Translations under genes and position numbers: made by a program
Notes under the pieces: model-generated
Told to the model about the DNA's origin: nothing
Databases searched by the model: none
What the model saw: the letters and a program-made list of their open reading frames with translations, nothing else
In this document: in pieces, positions 12,701-20,519 of the stretch
How the letters are laid out: the number at the start of each line of letters is the position of its first letter
How positions within the stretch are numbered: the stretch's first letter is position 1
Origin: Amphiscolops sp. MND2022
Taxonomy: Eukaryota
Reading direction: 5' to 3'
DNA: 64,000 bases
Assembly: GCA_964187785.1 (NCBI GenBank)
Contig: OZ076409.1
Span: forward strand, 74,030,001 to 74,094,000

Positions 12701-15314
12701 GGTGGATGGTGAAAATTACGCCATTCGTTTAAGACCTTCTGCAGTTTCCGATTTTTCAGCTTTTGTTCAACAATCTTTGGCGGCAAATCCAACCGATAGT
12801 AGACTGCTCGATGCCTATGTAATAATTTCTGAAGTTTTGAACATTTCCTCACATCCAGGACGGTCGCTTTTTGTTTCCAGTGACCCAAATTTATCAAATA
12901 CACCAGCAGAGGTTGTTTTTTCAAAAGTCTATCCCCGCAATCCTGCAAACTTTTTAATACATTTTCTACTGTCTAACGCTGCTTTTGAAACTGAATTTGA
13001 CCTTTTTGATGTACCAACTTTGAAAGATGCATACGTGAAGGGCGGGGTTGTACCAGACAAGCCAGTATACGATGAAAATGATGTCAATGAAATTTTGAAA
13101 AAATATGTGCTTGAACAATTGCGATATCTACCAGGTGGTACGCGTTCTTTTGATAACAATCTACTGGCGGCAAAGTCAGCATTTAAGGGAATGTTAGTAG
13201 ATAATGACATTTATAACGAAGGGCTGCCCATTACAAAGATGGATACCTTGACTGAAGCATTGGAAGATAAGGCTAAAAAGATGCTTCGGCAGTCCCAATT
13301 AAACATCATAAAATCTTTAACTCAGAAAAATTTGCCCAATTTTCCTAATTCTAGCGTTTTTGAAAATGTGTCCAAGGAAACACCATCTGACTGGTCTGGT
13401 GAACTTGTTCCAAACAATTTCCAGTCTGAAGAGTCTCGTGAAGAACAGACCATAATTTTAGAACAACTGAAAGAACTAATTTGTGAAAATCTGTTTTCTG
13501 ATCATAAATTTAGGAAACACCAGTTGATTTTGGGTCCACCAGGTACAGGTAAGACGTATGTGTTGACGATGGCTTTGGGTTATGCGCTCACGAAAGGGTT
13601 GTTTTGTCTTGTAACTAGTTTAGCATCCCGAAGATCGATGCACTTTGGCGGTGAGCACATTCACAAATTGTTTTGCTTGCCACCTTCTTCTTGTGGATCA
13701 CCGATCAAAATGGCCGAGCAAGCTCTCGTGAAACTGGACCACCGGAATGACAAGAAGATGCTGTTAATGGCCCTGGAAGTACTGTTCGTGGAAGAAGTGA
13801 GCCTAATCAGTGCTGAACAGTGGTCTGCCATGGACCTCACCCTTCAAGAGTTGAAGCAGTCAACCTTGCCTTTCGGTGGGGTTTTAGTGATCGCGAGTGG
13901 TGATCAGATGCAACTGCCATCAATCGAAGGGAACGACATCTTCCTCAGTCCGATTCTACTGACAAACTTCGCAATGTTCTTTTTGTCGCACTTTGTTCGA
14001 ATGACAGATGCTGACGGTCAAACTGTACTTCGACACATGTGGAAACGTCCCATAAATGCCCCTGCTGTCGCTGAAATACTCGCGATTTTGGACACTAAGT
14101 GCACGTTCAAGGACAGCTGGGATGACTTGGACGACCCTTGTGTAATGCGGGTTTTTGGTAAGCGGAAAGCTGAACAGAAAGAATTCGATAGCCACATTCA
14201 GCGAGTACGCGCGTCGGGATCGTCCTACCGCATTTTCGAAGCCAAGGATGAGATCTGTCTTTCGAAGAGCTCAGTTTGGAATGAGACTGACTCTCGACAA
14301 GTAAGTAACTATCTGAGCGACAAGGTAAACGAGCCCAAAGAGTTAATTGTTTACTCAAAGGCTTTGGTAAGGGTCACAGTTAATCTGGAAGCTGAGCAAT
14401 TGTCTCAAGGTCAGGTTGGTGTAGTTCACGAGGTTCCCACTGGTGACTCGGTCACAATCTACGTCCCAGATAGCAGTGGTGGGGAAGTTGACATCACTCC
14501 TGGGATGTTGGAACGCGAGGAGTACCTGACTTGGCGGACTGTGACTCTCTCAAAGCAGACCGGCTTCGTTCAGCCTTTCAAGAAGAACTCAGTGCGAAGG
14601 GTACAGTTACCGCTCATGAACTTTGTTGCCATGACTACGCATAAACTCATGGGTGACACTTTTGAAAAGCTGGCGACGTCCATTTCCGCAACCGACAGTA
14701 GTTACGCTTTGTGGATGACGTCGCAAGTTTTTGTCATTGTCAGTCGTGTCAAACAATTAAAAAATCTTACTTTTGTTGGTAACAAAAATGCCACGTTAGG
14801 TGCCATCGAATCCATTTTTGAAAAGAGAGACTTGAGAGAGGAACGTCTCTTCAATTTGCTAGACAAAATAAAAAACAACTCAAGGTGCAATTCCAATGTT
14901 CAGCCAATCAACATTTCGAAATTATCTTACGTACCTTTCAACAAAAACATCCCAAGCACTCCGAATGGCTTCGTATATCTTTTGATTAGTCTGAACCCGA
15001 CTTCGCCCGAAACTTTTTACGTAGGAGAAACTGAGCGCGCGCTGTTAACACGGTTGTCGGAACACAACTGCGGCAACGGTTCAGATTTCACGAGAATCCC
15101 CCACCGTTTGCCTTGGGCAGTCGCTGCTTTTGTTTGCAATTTTTCATCACGTTTTTCACGCAAAGACTTCGAAAAAGAAATACATCGAGAAATGTGTGTT
15201 CGTCATAACAATTTGAAAAATTTAAAAGACATGCTATCTCTTTTCCAGGAAAAAGTTAACGAAAAAAACTGTGATCTCCATTTTTGTGTTTGCGGTGAAA
15301 TGCAATCGACATAA
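9738..15314 (+). CDS. Helitron-type RepHel transposase: Zn-finger-like region, HUH (Y2) Rep endonuclease, PIF1-family SF1 helicase, C-terminal GIY-YIG nuclease
   Basis: Rep motif 1 PDLFVTFTCN (11301), motif 2 EFQ..QHYHILFW (HYH at 11571-11579), motif 3 YLTSYAAGK (12084-12110). Helicase: Walker A GPPGTGKT (13533), Walker B LFVEEVS, PFGG..GDQMQLP, RVQLPL..AMTTHKLMG, VFVIVSRVK. GIY-YIG: GFVYLL..FYVGET..RLSEH (14967 onward). The listed TTG start is probably not the true start. Confidence 0.93.
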   Translation: MCHLCDEHVQVSEICKILNRLRENKSLKHHHTNQSLVNGLQSSFAELFPSQAEPLMSFCEMLEGCQVVHCHRANVDTVRIDCARNDVILVVATDVQTRDSQIPFNLTSINGKIFQLIFISAESKVSLRHGDPFFNFWTILNDGSRARKDPTLEFQYNRIWKFLIYVSKTDLNEETKLRYLKYMGGQGIFFCQEHHLPLSTDYFKSQRKCSMPKNTGDQRICTRKSAWRCPEKNCLASVCKTHFREFCDANDKVLVDNTPSDDAIQDSSDEEATLPEEAEEQPENSLPGPSFVLDDQQRPQEPEANMDEFDCPQLIVDAGFQETDAFATDAGCEPVYLSNDSNFVPMHVLLNGECQILKRLKYPSHIGKKFQRFFQNFVSTLPGRSIPLLQPEACLFPSIFYKQLEDGSFPGALPFFLYDDKNANSKLEFDGLHEHMRLRLKDGTLLTSSNLAYIMYAFDCVLNLSLVKCHTNQFFKRGLQTITIGKYKPQQLTSTESVLKMDSVDSDVHVNRLGTACATETPDLFVTFTCNQKEHPGVAEVVNAIYELYGSATTEELKEVLQAYMVIIVRCWTRTIELLIDYLRFSDEQILGEIIKVWGRAEFQSAAANLQHYHILFWLKNSTQDIIEKIQCAHKHVLHEFKKLFQMNFGTVDSDEHAFNLFENCIRVQSHDCEKGHCLKKVRLNGERKCRFPPYPQSNVPWYKEFHQPHSEEALVALQEIDLAEPRPGFYNCLQVTSTLMAGKYMYAATRGEHMSPLNVALWSICKSSLNVLKVCKSVASRYLTSYAAGKEEHADVAINPENAHNVLNVQVQKIENKKLGGVRKILAREAKQDKTQGIIDSTTIATTECVSWMLQLPTVITTMDFVSVPTVALENRGGVILKRKNNTCSRTNIPGVANEGPCEIREHYLRLPRHRLFTRSQKTVLESVNKTPFSTDKVTVFSLRPPELLFVNKLRPYFRWFKREKLSGKRETVSVRFLKNDVRESTWVDGENYAIRLRPSAVSDFSAFVQQSLAANPTDSRLLDAYVIISEVLNISSHPGRSLFVSSDPNLSNTPAEVVFSKVYPRNPANFLIHFLLSNAAFETEFDLFDVPTLKDAYVKGGVVPDKPVYDENDVNEILKKYVLEQLRYLPGGTRSFDNNLLAAKSAFKGMLVDNDIYNEGLPITKMDTLTEALEDKAKKMLRQSQLNIIKSLTQKNLPNFPNSSVFENVSKETPSDWSGELVPNNFQSEESREEQTIILEQLKELICENLFSDHKFRKHQLILGPPGTGKTYVLTMALGYALTKGLFCLVTSLASRRSMHFGGEHIHKLFCLPPSSCGSPIKMAEQALVKLDHRNDKKMLLMALEVLFVEEVSLISAEQWSAMDLTLQELKQSTLPFGGVLVIASGDQMQLPSIEGNDIFLSPILLTNFAMFFLSHFVRMTDADGQTVLRHMWKRPINAPAVAEILAILDTKCTFKDSWDDLDDPCVMRVFGKRKAEQKEFDSHIQRVRASGSSYRIFEAKDEICLSKSSVWNETDSRQVSNYLSDKVNEPKELIVYSKALVRVTVNLEAEQLSQGQVGVVHEVPTGDSVTIYVPDSSGGEVDITPGMLEREEYLTWRTVTLSKQTGFVQPFKKNSVRRVQLPLMNFVAMTTHKLMGDTFEKLATSISATDSSYALWMTSQVFVIVSRVKQLKNLTFVGNKNATLGAIESIFEKRDLREERLFNLLDKIKNNSRCNSNVQPINISKLSYVPFNKNIPSTPNGFVYLLISLNPTSPETFYVGETERALLTRLSEHNCGNGSDFTRIPHRLPWAVAAFVCNFSSRFSRKDFEKEIHREMCVRHNNLKNLKDMLSLFQEKVNEKNCDLHFCVCGEMQST

Positions 15315-15552
15315 ACATTTAAAATGTAAAACGGTTTATGAGTATCGGGCTACTTCAAGTTGAACATCGTAAAAGCTAAAAAGTAGGGGAAGCACATAGT
15401 TCTACTCTGATAGTGAACGTGTGTTGTTCTCCATATTAGGTTTAAAAACAACATGTAATTTCGTTTGAAAATGTAAAAGTAGGCACTGTAGAATATCGCA
15501 CAAAGTTCTACTAAACAGGGTGGACACCGTGCGATACTCTGTTTGTTCACTG

Positions 15553-15696
15553 TAGGTTAGTTTGCTGGAATCGACGGAGAGCGTGGTTCCAGGTAGGTTT
15601 ATATTAGGTTAGTTAGCTGGAATCGACGATGAGCGTGGTTCCAGGTAGGTTTAAATTAGGTTAGTTTGCTGGAATCGACGATAAGCGTGGTTCCAG
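15553..15696 (+). repeat. About three copies of a 52-bp tandem repeat, each containing a stem-loop
   Basis: The unit is TAGGTTAGTTTGCTGGAATCGACGnnnAGCGTGGTTCCAGGTAGGTTTAwAT. ATCGACG starts at 15570, 15622 and 15674. Confidence 0.9.
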
Positions 15697-16702
15697 TTTT
15701 CTTTATATAAGGTTAGTTTGTTGAGTATCGCACAAAGTTCGACTGCAGAGGGTGGACACCGTGCGATATTCAACAGTTGAATTTGAATGGTGGAATCGAC
15801 GATAAGCGTGGTTCCTGGTTTGATAGTTTTTAAAAGTAACAGGGTAGGATTAAAGAAGAAAATGACAAAGAACGATGTGACAGACCCATGATGACGATCC
15901 AGAAGCAAGACTTACAGTGTATGAGCTTGTGTACACCTTCCAAGCTTATACACAACTTTTTAAAAAAACCAACATCGAAACATATAACCAGTGTAGCAGC
16001 ACGTGTAGACCTTTTGAGTCTTCCACGCTGACACACTCTACGTAAATAAAGATCGTCAAATCCCAAAAACCGAAATATCATTCCAAAAACAGACTTTCCT
16101 AAAACCGACTTTTTCTACTTCGACTTTTTGACTAAAAGACTTTAAGACTGAGACTAATTGACTTTTTTCTAAAACCTAACCGCTCTTTTTCCTTACATAG
16201 TGAGTATGAGTGGAGTTGAGCTTTGAGACGTTTTTGACTTTATTCAAAGTAGTGTTCTTAATAGAGCGTCCACAGAAAGAAGAAAAGATTTGAGAATTAA
16301 TTCTAATAATCCTCACTTGTTTCTTGTGCTTGACTTTTTTGAAAGGATGTAGGTTTAGAGCAGGCTGTAGTGATTAGGTTGTACAATTGTCACTGTTGGA
16401 CATGATTTCTGCATATCACTGGGAGCCCTAATCGATAGTTCTCGTTTTGTAGATAAAATGAACAGTTCAATTCTTGTAATAGTTGGTGCCAGTACCCTTG
16501 TCAATAGCAAACACTATCTGGTTGCCTGCAACTGCGAAACAACAGAATGCCTCCGAAAAGAACTTCTTACAAATAACCCCATATTCAAGCTGGTAAGTTA
16601 TTGCTCGAACAGGAGGTAAGTTTCAAAACAGAAATCCACATAAGTCTGCTCAATAAATCGTTACTTTTCCTGAATTTCATTCCTTCATCTACTGCCACGG
16701 CT

Positions 16703-16739
16703 TTGTCAGTTTAAGCGCGTTAGCGTCTTAAACTGACAA
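16703..16739 (+). other. Perfect 13-bp inverted repeat followed by a T-rich tract
   Basis: TTGTCAGTTTAAG - CGCGTTAGCGT - CTTAAACTGACAA, then CTTTCTCTTTTTTTT. Confidence 0.75.
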
Positions 16740-17234
16740 CTTTCTCTTTTTTTTGCCCTTTTTCTTTTTGTTTTGGGCTACTTACAGTTTCCTTAAACAT
16801 CTTCAAAGTTCAGTTCAATGCAACTCCCCTCCCGGGAGTTTCCAAAGGTCGTTCGTGGTGCGGGCCTTCTGATTTCGTACACAGTAAAACCGTGTGCGAA
16901 TTCAGTAAAACGAGAAAACCACCCCAGGTCGTTAAAGGTGCGGGCCTACTATTCCGTGAGGGATAGTGAAACGAGAAAACTGGTTTTTGATGTCATGATT
17001 GAGAATACATTTTCGTAAATTTTAATGTTTATCCATTTTGAAGTTTAACCATTAAAGTAAGGACTGACCAGGGCTCGTGTAGGCCTGGCACAATTGTAGG
17101 TAGCGCGTTTCCTGACGCCGCTGAGATAGGTAGGTTGTTTTAAAAAAAATCACTCAGAAAAATTTGTCTTATGGGTTGACCAGACTCCCCAGTAAGTCTG
17201 GCACGCTTTTCGTTTCCTGAAGCCGCTGAGATAG

Positions 17235-17424
17235 GTAAGTTTAGATTCCTTTAATACTCTGCGTTTGAATCTGGTTTTCTAAGGCTTAGTTTTTTTTCTT
17301 ACGTTTATTCGGATTAGGTTTCTTAGGCTTACTTTCTTAGGTTTTTTAGGATTAGGGTATTTAAGCTTATGTGTAGACTTTAATCTGATATTAAGTTATC
17401 GTGTATTTTGTTTTTTTTTATCAG
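17235..17424 (+). other. Possible spliceosomal intron upstream of the SGNH ORF
   Basis: AG|GTAAGT donor at 17235 and a polypyrimidine tract + TCAG acceptor ending at 17424. A second acceptor-like TTTTTTCAG ends at 17630, just before the ATG. This is motif evidence only. Confidence 0.4.
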
Positions 17425-17635
17425 GGAGAGCAACAACGAAGAAAAAGGAAGAATCTTGACGCAGCTTTTGTTCAGTTGAATAATTCACTATTTCTTTCTT
17501 CCATTTATATCATTTATCGAAGATTTTATTTTTGATAATTGTAACCTTTGAAACTGAGTCTTTTATTAATCATTACACATTGTTTCGAATATCATCTGTG
17601 CAATAGTTTCAGTACAATACATTTTTTCAGTGCTT

Positions 17636-18214
17636 ATGAATATGAATTTCGTTGCAAGAAGGATCAACGGTTTCTCGTTCAGAGTATACGAAAGGATATT
17701 CCCTGATACTAATACCTTATTAGTTGGTGATTCGTTAATCAGGGATTTCAATATGCAAGAAGTAGATGTCATTTCCATTGCTGGTGGACGGGCCGAAGAT
17801 ATCGGCAGCTATCTAAGGTCATGCAATTTAGAGAAATACCACTACGTCATTCTGTTCTCAGGAGGCAATGGGCTATCTCGGGCTGTAAAAAATGGTAGAA
17901 TCAGGCCCCCTATGAGCCCTAATGAAGTGAAAGAAGAGGTGCATGCTACTGCTGGTTATCTGCACGAATTAGGGATAAGAGTGTTCGTCGTTGGTATCCC
18001 CAGAAGAAAGAATTTTTCGTTCTTCTCAATATGCTGCTTGAATGAACTTCTTTGCAGAGACACTTATCGTTACGTATACGTAGGTGTGGCGTCCAAAATG
18101 TCATGCGACTATGTGCTGGCACCTGACGGAATTCATTTGAATAGCATTGGAGTCCGTCAACTAAAAACAATTTTGAATAGAAAAGTTTTTGGGTTTTTGA
18201 GAAATGAAATCTAA
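17636..18214 (+). CDS. SGNH/GDSL-family hydrolase (esterase-like), ~192 aa
   Basis: All four SGNH blocks are in order: LLVGDSLIR (Ser), IAGG (Gly), SGGNGL (Asn), DGIHLN (Asp/His). The first ATG is at 17636. Confidence 0.88.
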   Translation: MNMNFVARRINGFSFRVYERIFPDTNTLLVGDSLIRDFNMQEVDVISIAGGRAEDIGSYLRSCNLEKYHYVILFSGGNGLSRAVKNGRIRPPMSPNEVKEEVHATAGYLHELGIRVFVVGIPRRKNFSFFSICCLNELLCRDTYRYVYVGVASKMSCDYVLAPDGIHLNSIGVRQLKTILNRKVFGFLRNEI

Positions 18215-18829
18215 GTTATCCTCCACCTTGTTGTAATTCTACCTATCTCACCTGCAGCTGTTGCACATTATTTAAATTTGCTTTGATGGTGACAAGTTTT
18301 GTTCACGATATTACCATTGGAATGAGTTAATTCGATTTGTGTTGATGCCATTAGTATTTGCTGAATTTGAATTGAGTTTCACATTGAGTTTTGCAGATTT
18401 CATTACATTTAATTGTATTTGTCTTTTGGTATAATTTGATGTTTTGTTTTGCTGCGATCATCGTACTTTTTATAGAATTTGAATTGCAATGGGCTATCCA
18501 ACTTTTTGTTCATGCTATTATTGTTTACAGAATTTGAATTGAAATTAAACAATCAAAGTTCCATTGTAGCTACCAATTTTAATTTTTCTTTTCCTTTTTT
18601 TACTTCAATGGAAAACATATTGAACTATTCGGTAAAGGTTAATTGTGTTTACTTTTAATCACTGATCGACGGACAGCGTGGTCAGTAATTAGGATTTTCA
18701 AACAAAATAAGGTAGGATTGTCATCACTAATCGACGAAAAGCGTGGTTGGTGATTAAGTGTTAACAAAAATAAGTCGTAATTAAATTTAAGTCATATATC
18801 CTTAAGTGCGCAGTGGTTATTTTCAGCAT

Positions 18830-19085
18830 ACAGGTAATTTTTGGTAACAAGTACGTCTGGTAAGATTTCGGCTAAAGCAGCTAATGGTGTAATCAGTGAT
18901 CGACGTAAAGCGTGGTTGGTGATTAGGTGATTTAAACAAAAATAAGTCGTGTTTCATCAAAAAGCAGCGAATGATGTGCCTCTCTCTGGTGATGTCTAAC
19001 ACAATGATTTTTTAAGACGTTTTTTTAAGATTTGATCTGTTTGAATTGAACCATGACACGTGGTGGAGACCGAGGACATTCTTGA
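18830..19085 (+). repeat. Diverged direct repeat of the ORF1 upstream region and first codons (7853-8220)
   Basis: Shared blocks: ACAGGTA..TTTGGTAACA..TACGTCTGGTAAG, GATCGACG.AAAGCGTGGT.GGTGATTAGGTG and TGATGTCTAACA. ATGACACGTGGTGGAGACCGAGGA (19053) resembles ATGCCTCGTGGTAGAGGGAGAGGA (8191). Confidence 0.8.
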
Positions 19086-20201
19086 ACATCATTAACCACT
19101 AATTAACCTCTAAACCAACACCCGACTGACGACGACTTCTCCAATCACGTGAGTAACTTTCCTTATCAACACTTTCCCGCCTACTGGACTCTTCGTTTTG
19201 CCGTCCACGTCTAGGTGGCCACGACCATGGTTTCTTGCGTATCTTGTCGAATCTTTTGTCGTTGCCGGCCGGGGAGGGACCCGTTTGCCGGCGTGTGTAG
19301 TGTGGGGCCCCCATACCCAAAAAGTGGTATTTTTTTCAGAGATCTCAAAATCGGCCCATCAGAATTGCCTGAAATTTGGCATGAGGCTCCCAATTGGGGA
19401 AAAAATAAGAAGTGTAGGAGGCGACTTGTTCGGGTAAATATTGTATGTTGACTTTTGGCCAAAATAGTGTTCCCCCCCCAACATGGGCAAAATCACATGA
19501 GGTGTAAAAATATGATCACAACTTTTGAACCTTTGGATTTTGGGGTACGGTCGTGGACCACATTAAGCAAGAGCTTTGGTGAGCAGGTAGGATAGATGGG
19601 TTTTGATCCCAGTACCTTCAACCACTTTTGAGAAATTAACGTTTCAAACAAACATCCGGGAGGTTTATGTTGCCCCTGAAGGCAGGTTTTTCGCCATTTT
19701 CAATGTGAAGGAGTGGGTTTAGCGCAACGTGTGTGGGGTGCTTTTTTGTTGCCCGTGTGCGGAGCGTTGTATAGAGGTGCTGGTTGTTGAAATTGGAAAA
19801 GTTGGTAAAAAGTTATACCTATACCCCCCCTACTGTCTCTGCCATTCAATTTTTTTTTCAACTTCAGGCCTCCCAAAGGTGAGAAACTTCCACACAACTA
19901 GTATTGCAAGTGAATGCATGTGGAAAGTACTCGGATAGACGAGAAAAATGAGCTATAGAACGACTCTGTAGCTTAACTTGACGTTGACTTATGACATTTT
20001 GAGTGTGAGCTTGCTATGTGAGAAAAAAATTCAAAATTTAAAATCGAAGCGAAGTCTCATCCAAAACTCATCGAAATACGTTCAATCCATCCCAAAGCGG
20101 ATTAATTCCAGATATATAGTGCAGCAACACTATTCAAGACCATTTGACACAATTTTACTAGTTTTGACATTGTATTATTCATCCGAGAGCACAAAACAGT
20201 T

Positions 20202-20244
20202 GGGTACATTCCATCTCCCTTTCGGGGGAGATGAGAATGTACCC
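20202..20244 (+). other. Conserved internal long hairpin of the 1.3-kb cassettes (example copy)
   Basis: Consensus GAGTACATTC-CATCTCCC-loop-GGGAGATG-A-GAATGTACTC. It lies ~260-310 bp upstream of the junction in the 1.3-kb units. Confidence 0.85.
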
Positions 20245-20446
20245 GCTAAATGACACGCACCATGGCCTAATTTTTACCTTTATGCGACGTTTTCTAGGCT
20301 TTCGCGCAAGCCCACTAATATTTACATTGGTTTCTTTCTCTTTCACTCCAAACTTTCCGTCCGTACTAACCACCTTACACACCACCAGCTCAACGACACA
20401 TCTGTAACGTCAACGCCACATACTTGCATCAACGCCCACCGTCCGT

Positions 20447-20519
20447 GGGCATGCCGAGGCATGCCCTTCGACGACGTATGCCCGTTGTCACAACAGGGCG
20501 CCCCCATTCCCGCTAGGTG
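20447..20519 (+). terminator. Cassette right end: 9-bp GC-rich hairpin + variable spacer + CTAGGTG junction (example copy); putative rolling-circle termination signal
   Basis: GGGCATGCC-GA-GGCATGCCC at 20447-20466 and CTAGGTG at 20513-20519. This matches the Helitron hairpin + CTRR 3' end, although the spacer is longer than usual. Confidence 0.75.

Larger units (their letters stand above)
6946..19214 (+). mobile_element. Helitron-like rolling-circle element (putative autonomous unit, ~12.3 kb) encoding Rep-helicase-GIY-YIG and an SGNH hydrolase, occupying one slot of the array
   Basis: It is bounded by CTAGGTG at 6946 and 19211. The first ~770 bp is cassette-family sequence. It contains an ORF with HUH motifs 1-3 and PIF1 helicase motifs. 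The boundaries are inferred from the array junctions. Confidence 0.8.

Noticed and set aside
13400..14800. Cellular PIF1 helicase gene
   Set aside because: The helicase is intronless and fused to an HUH Rep domain, which is the Helitron architecture, so no host gene symbol was assigned.
10440..14896. Antisense and alternate-frame ORFs inside RepHel
   Set aside because: They are short shadows of the long coding frame with no independent support.
16846..17240. Hammerhead ribozymes in the duplicated motifs
   Set aside because: I found no CTGAnGA core paired with a correctly placed GAAA on either strand. The motifs are kept only as unclassified structured candidates.
7853..19085. LTR retrotransposon or Penelope-like element (direct repeats plus GIY-YIG)
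   Set aside because: There is no reverse transcriptase, integrase or gag. The direct repeats are short and highly diverged, and the enzyme is clearly an HUH Rep + PIF1 helicase.
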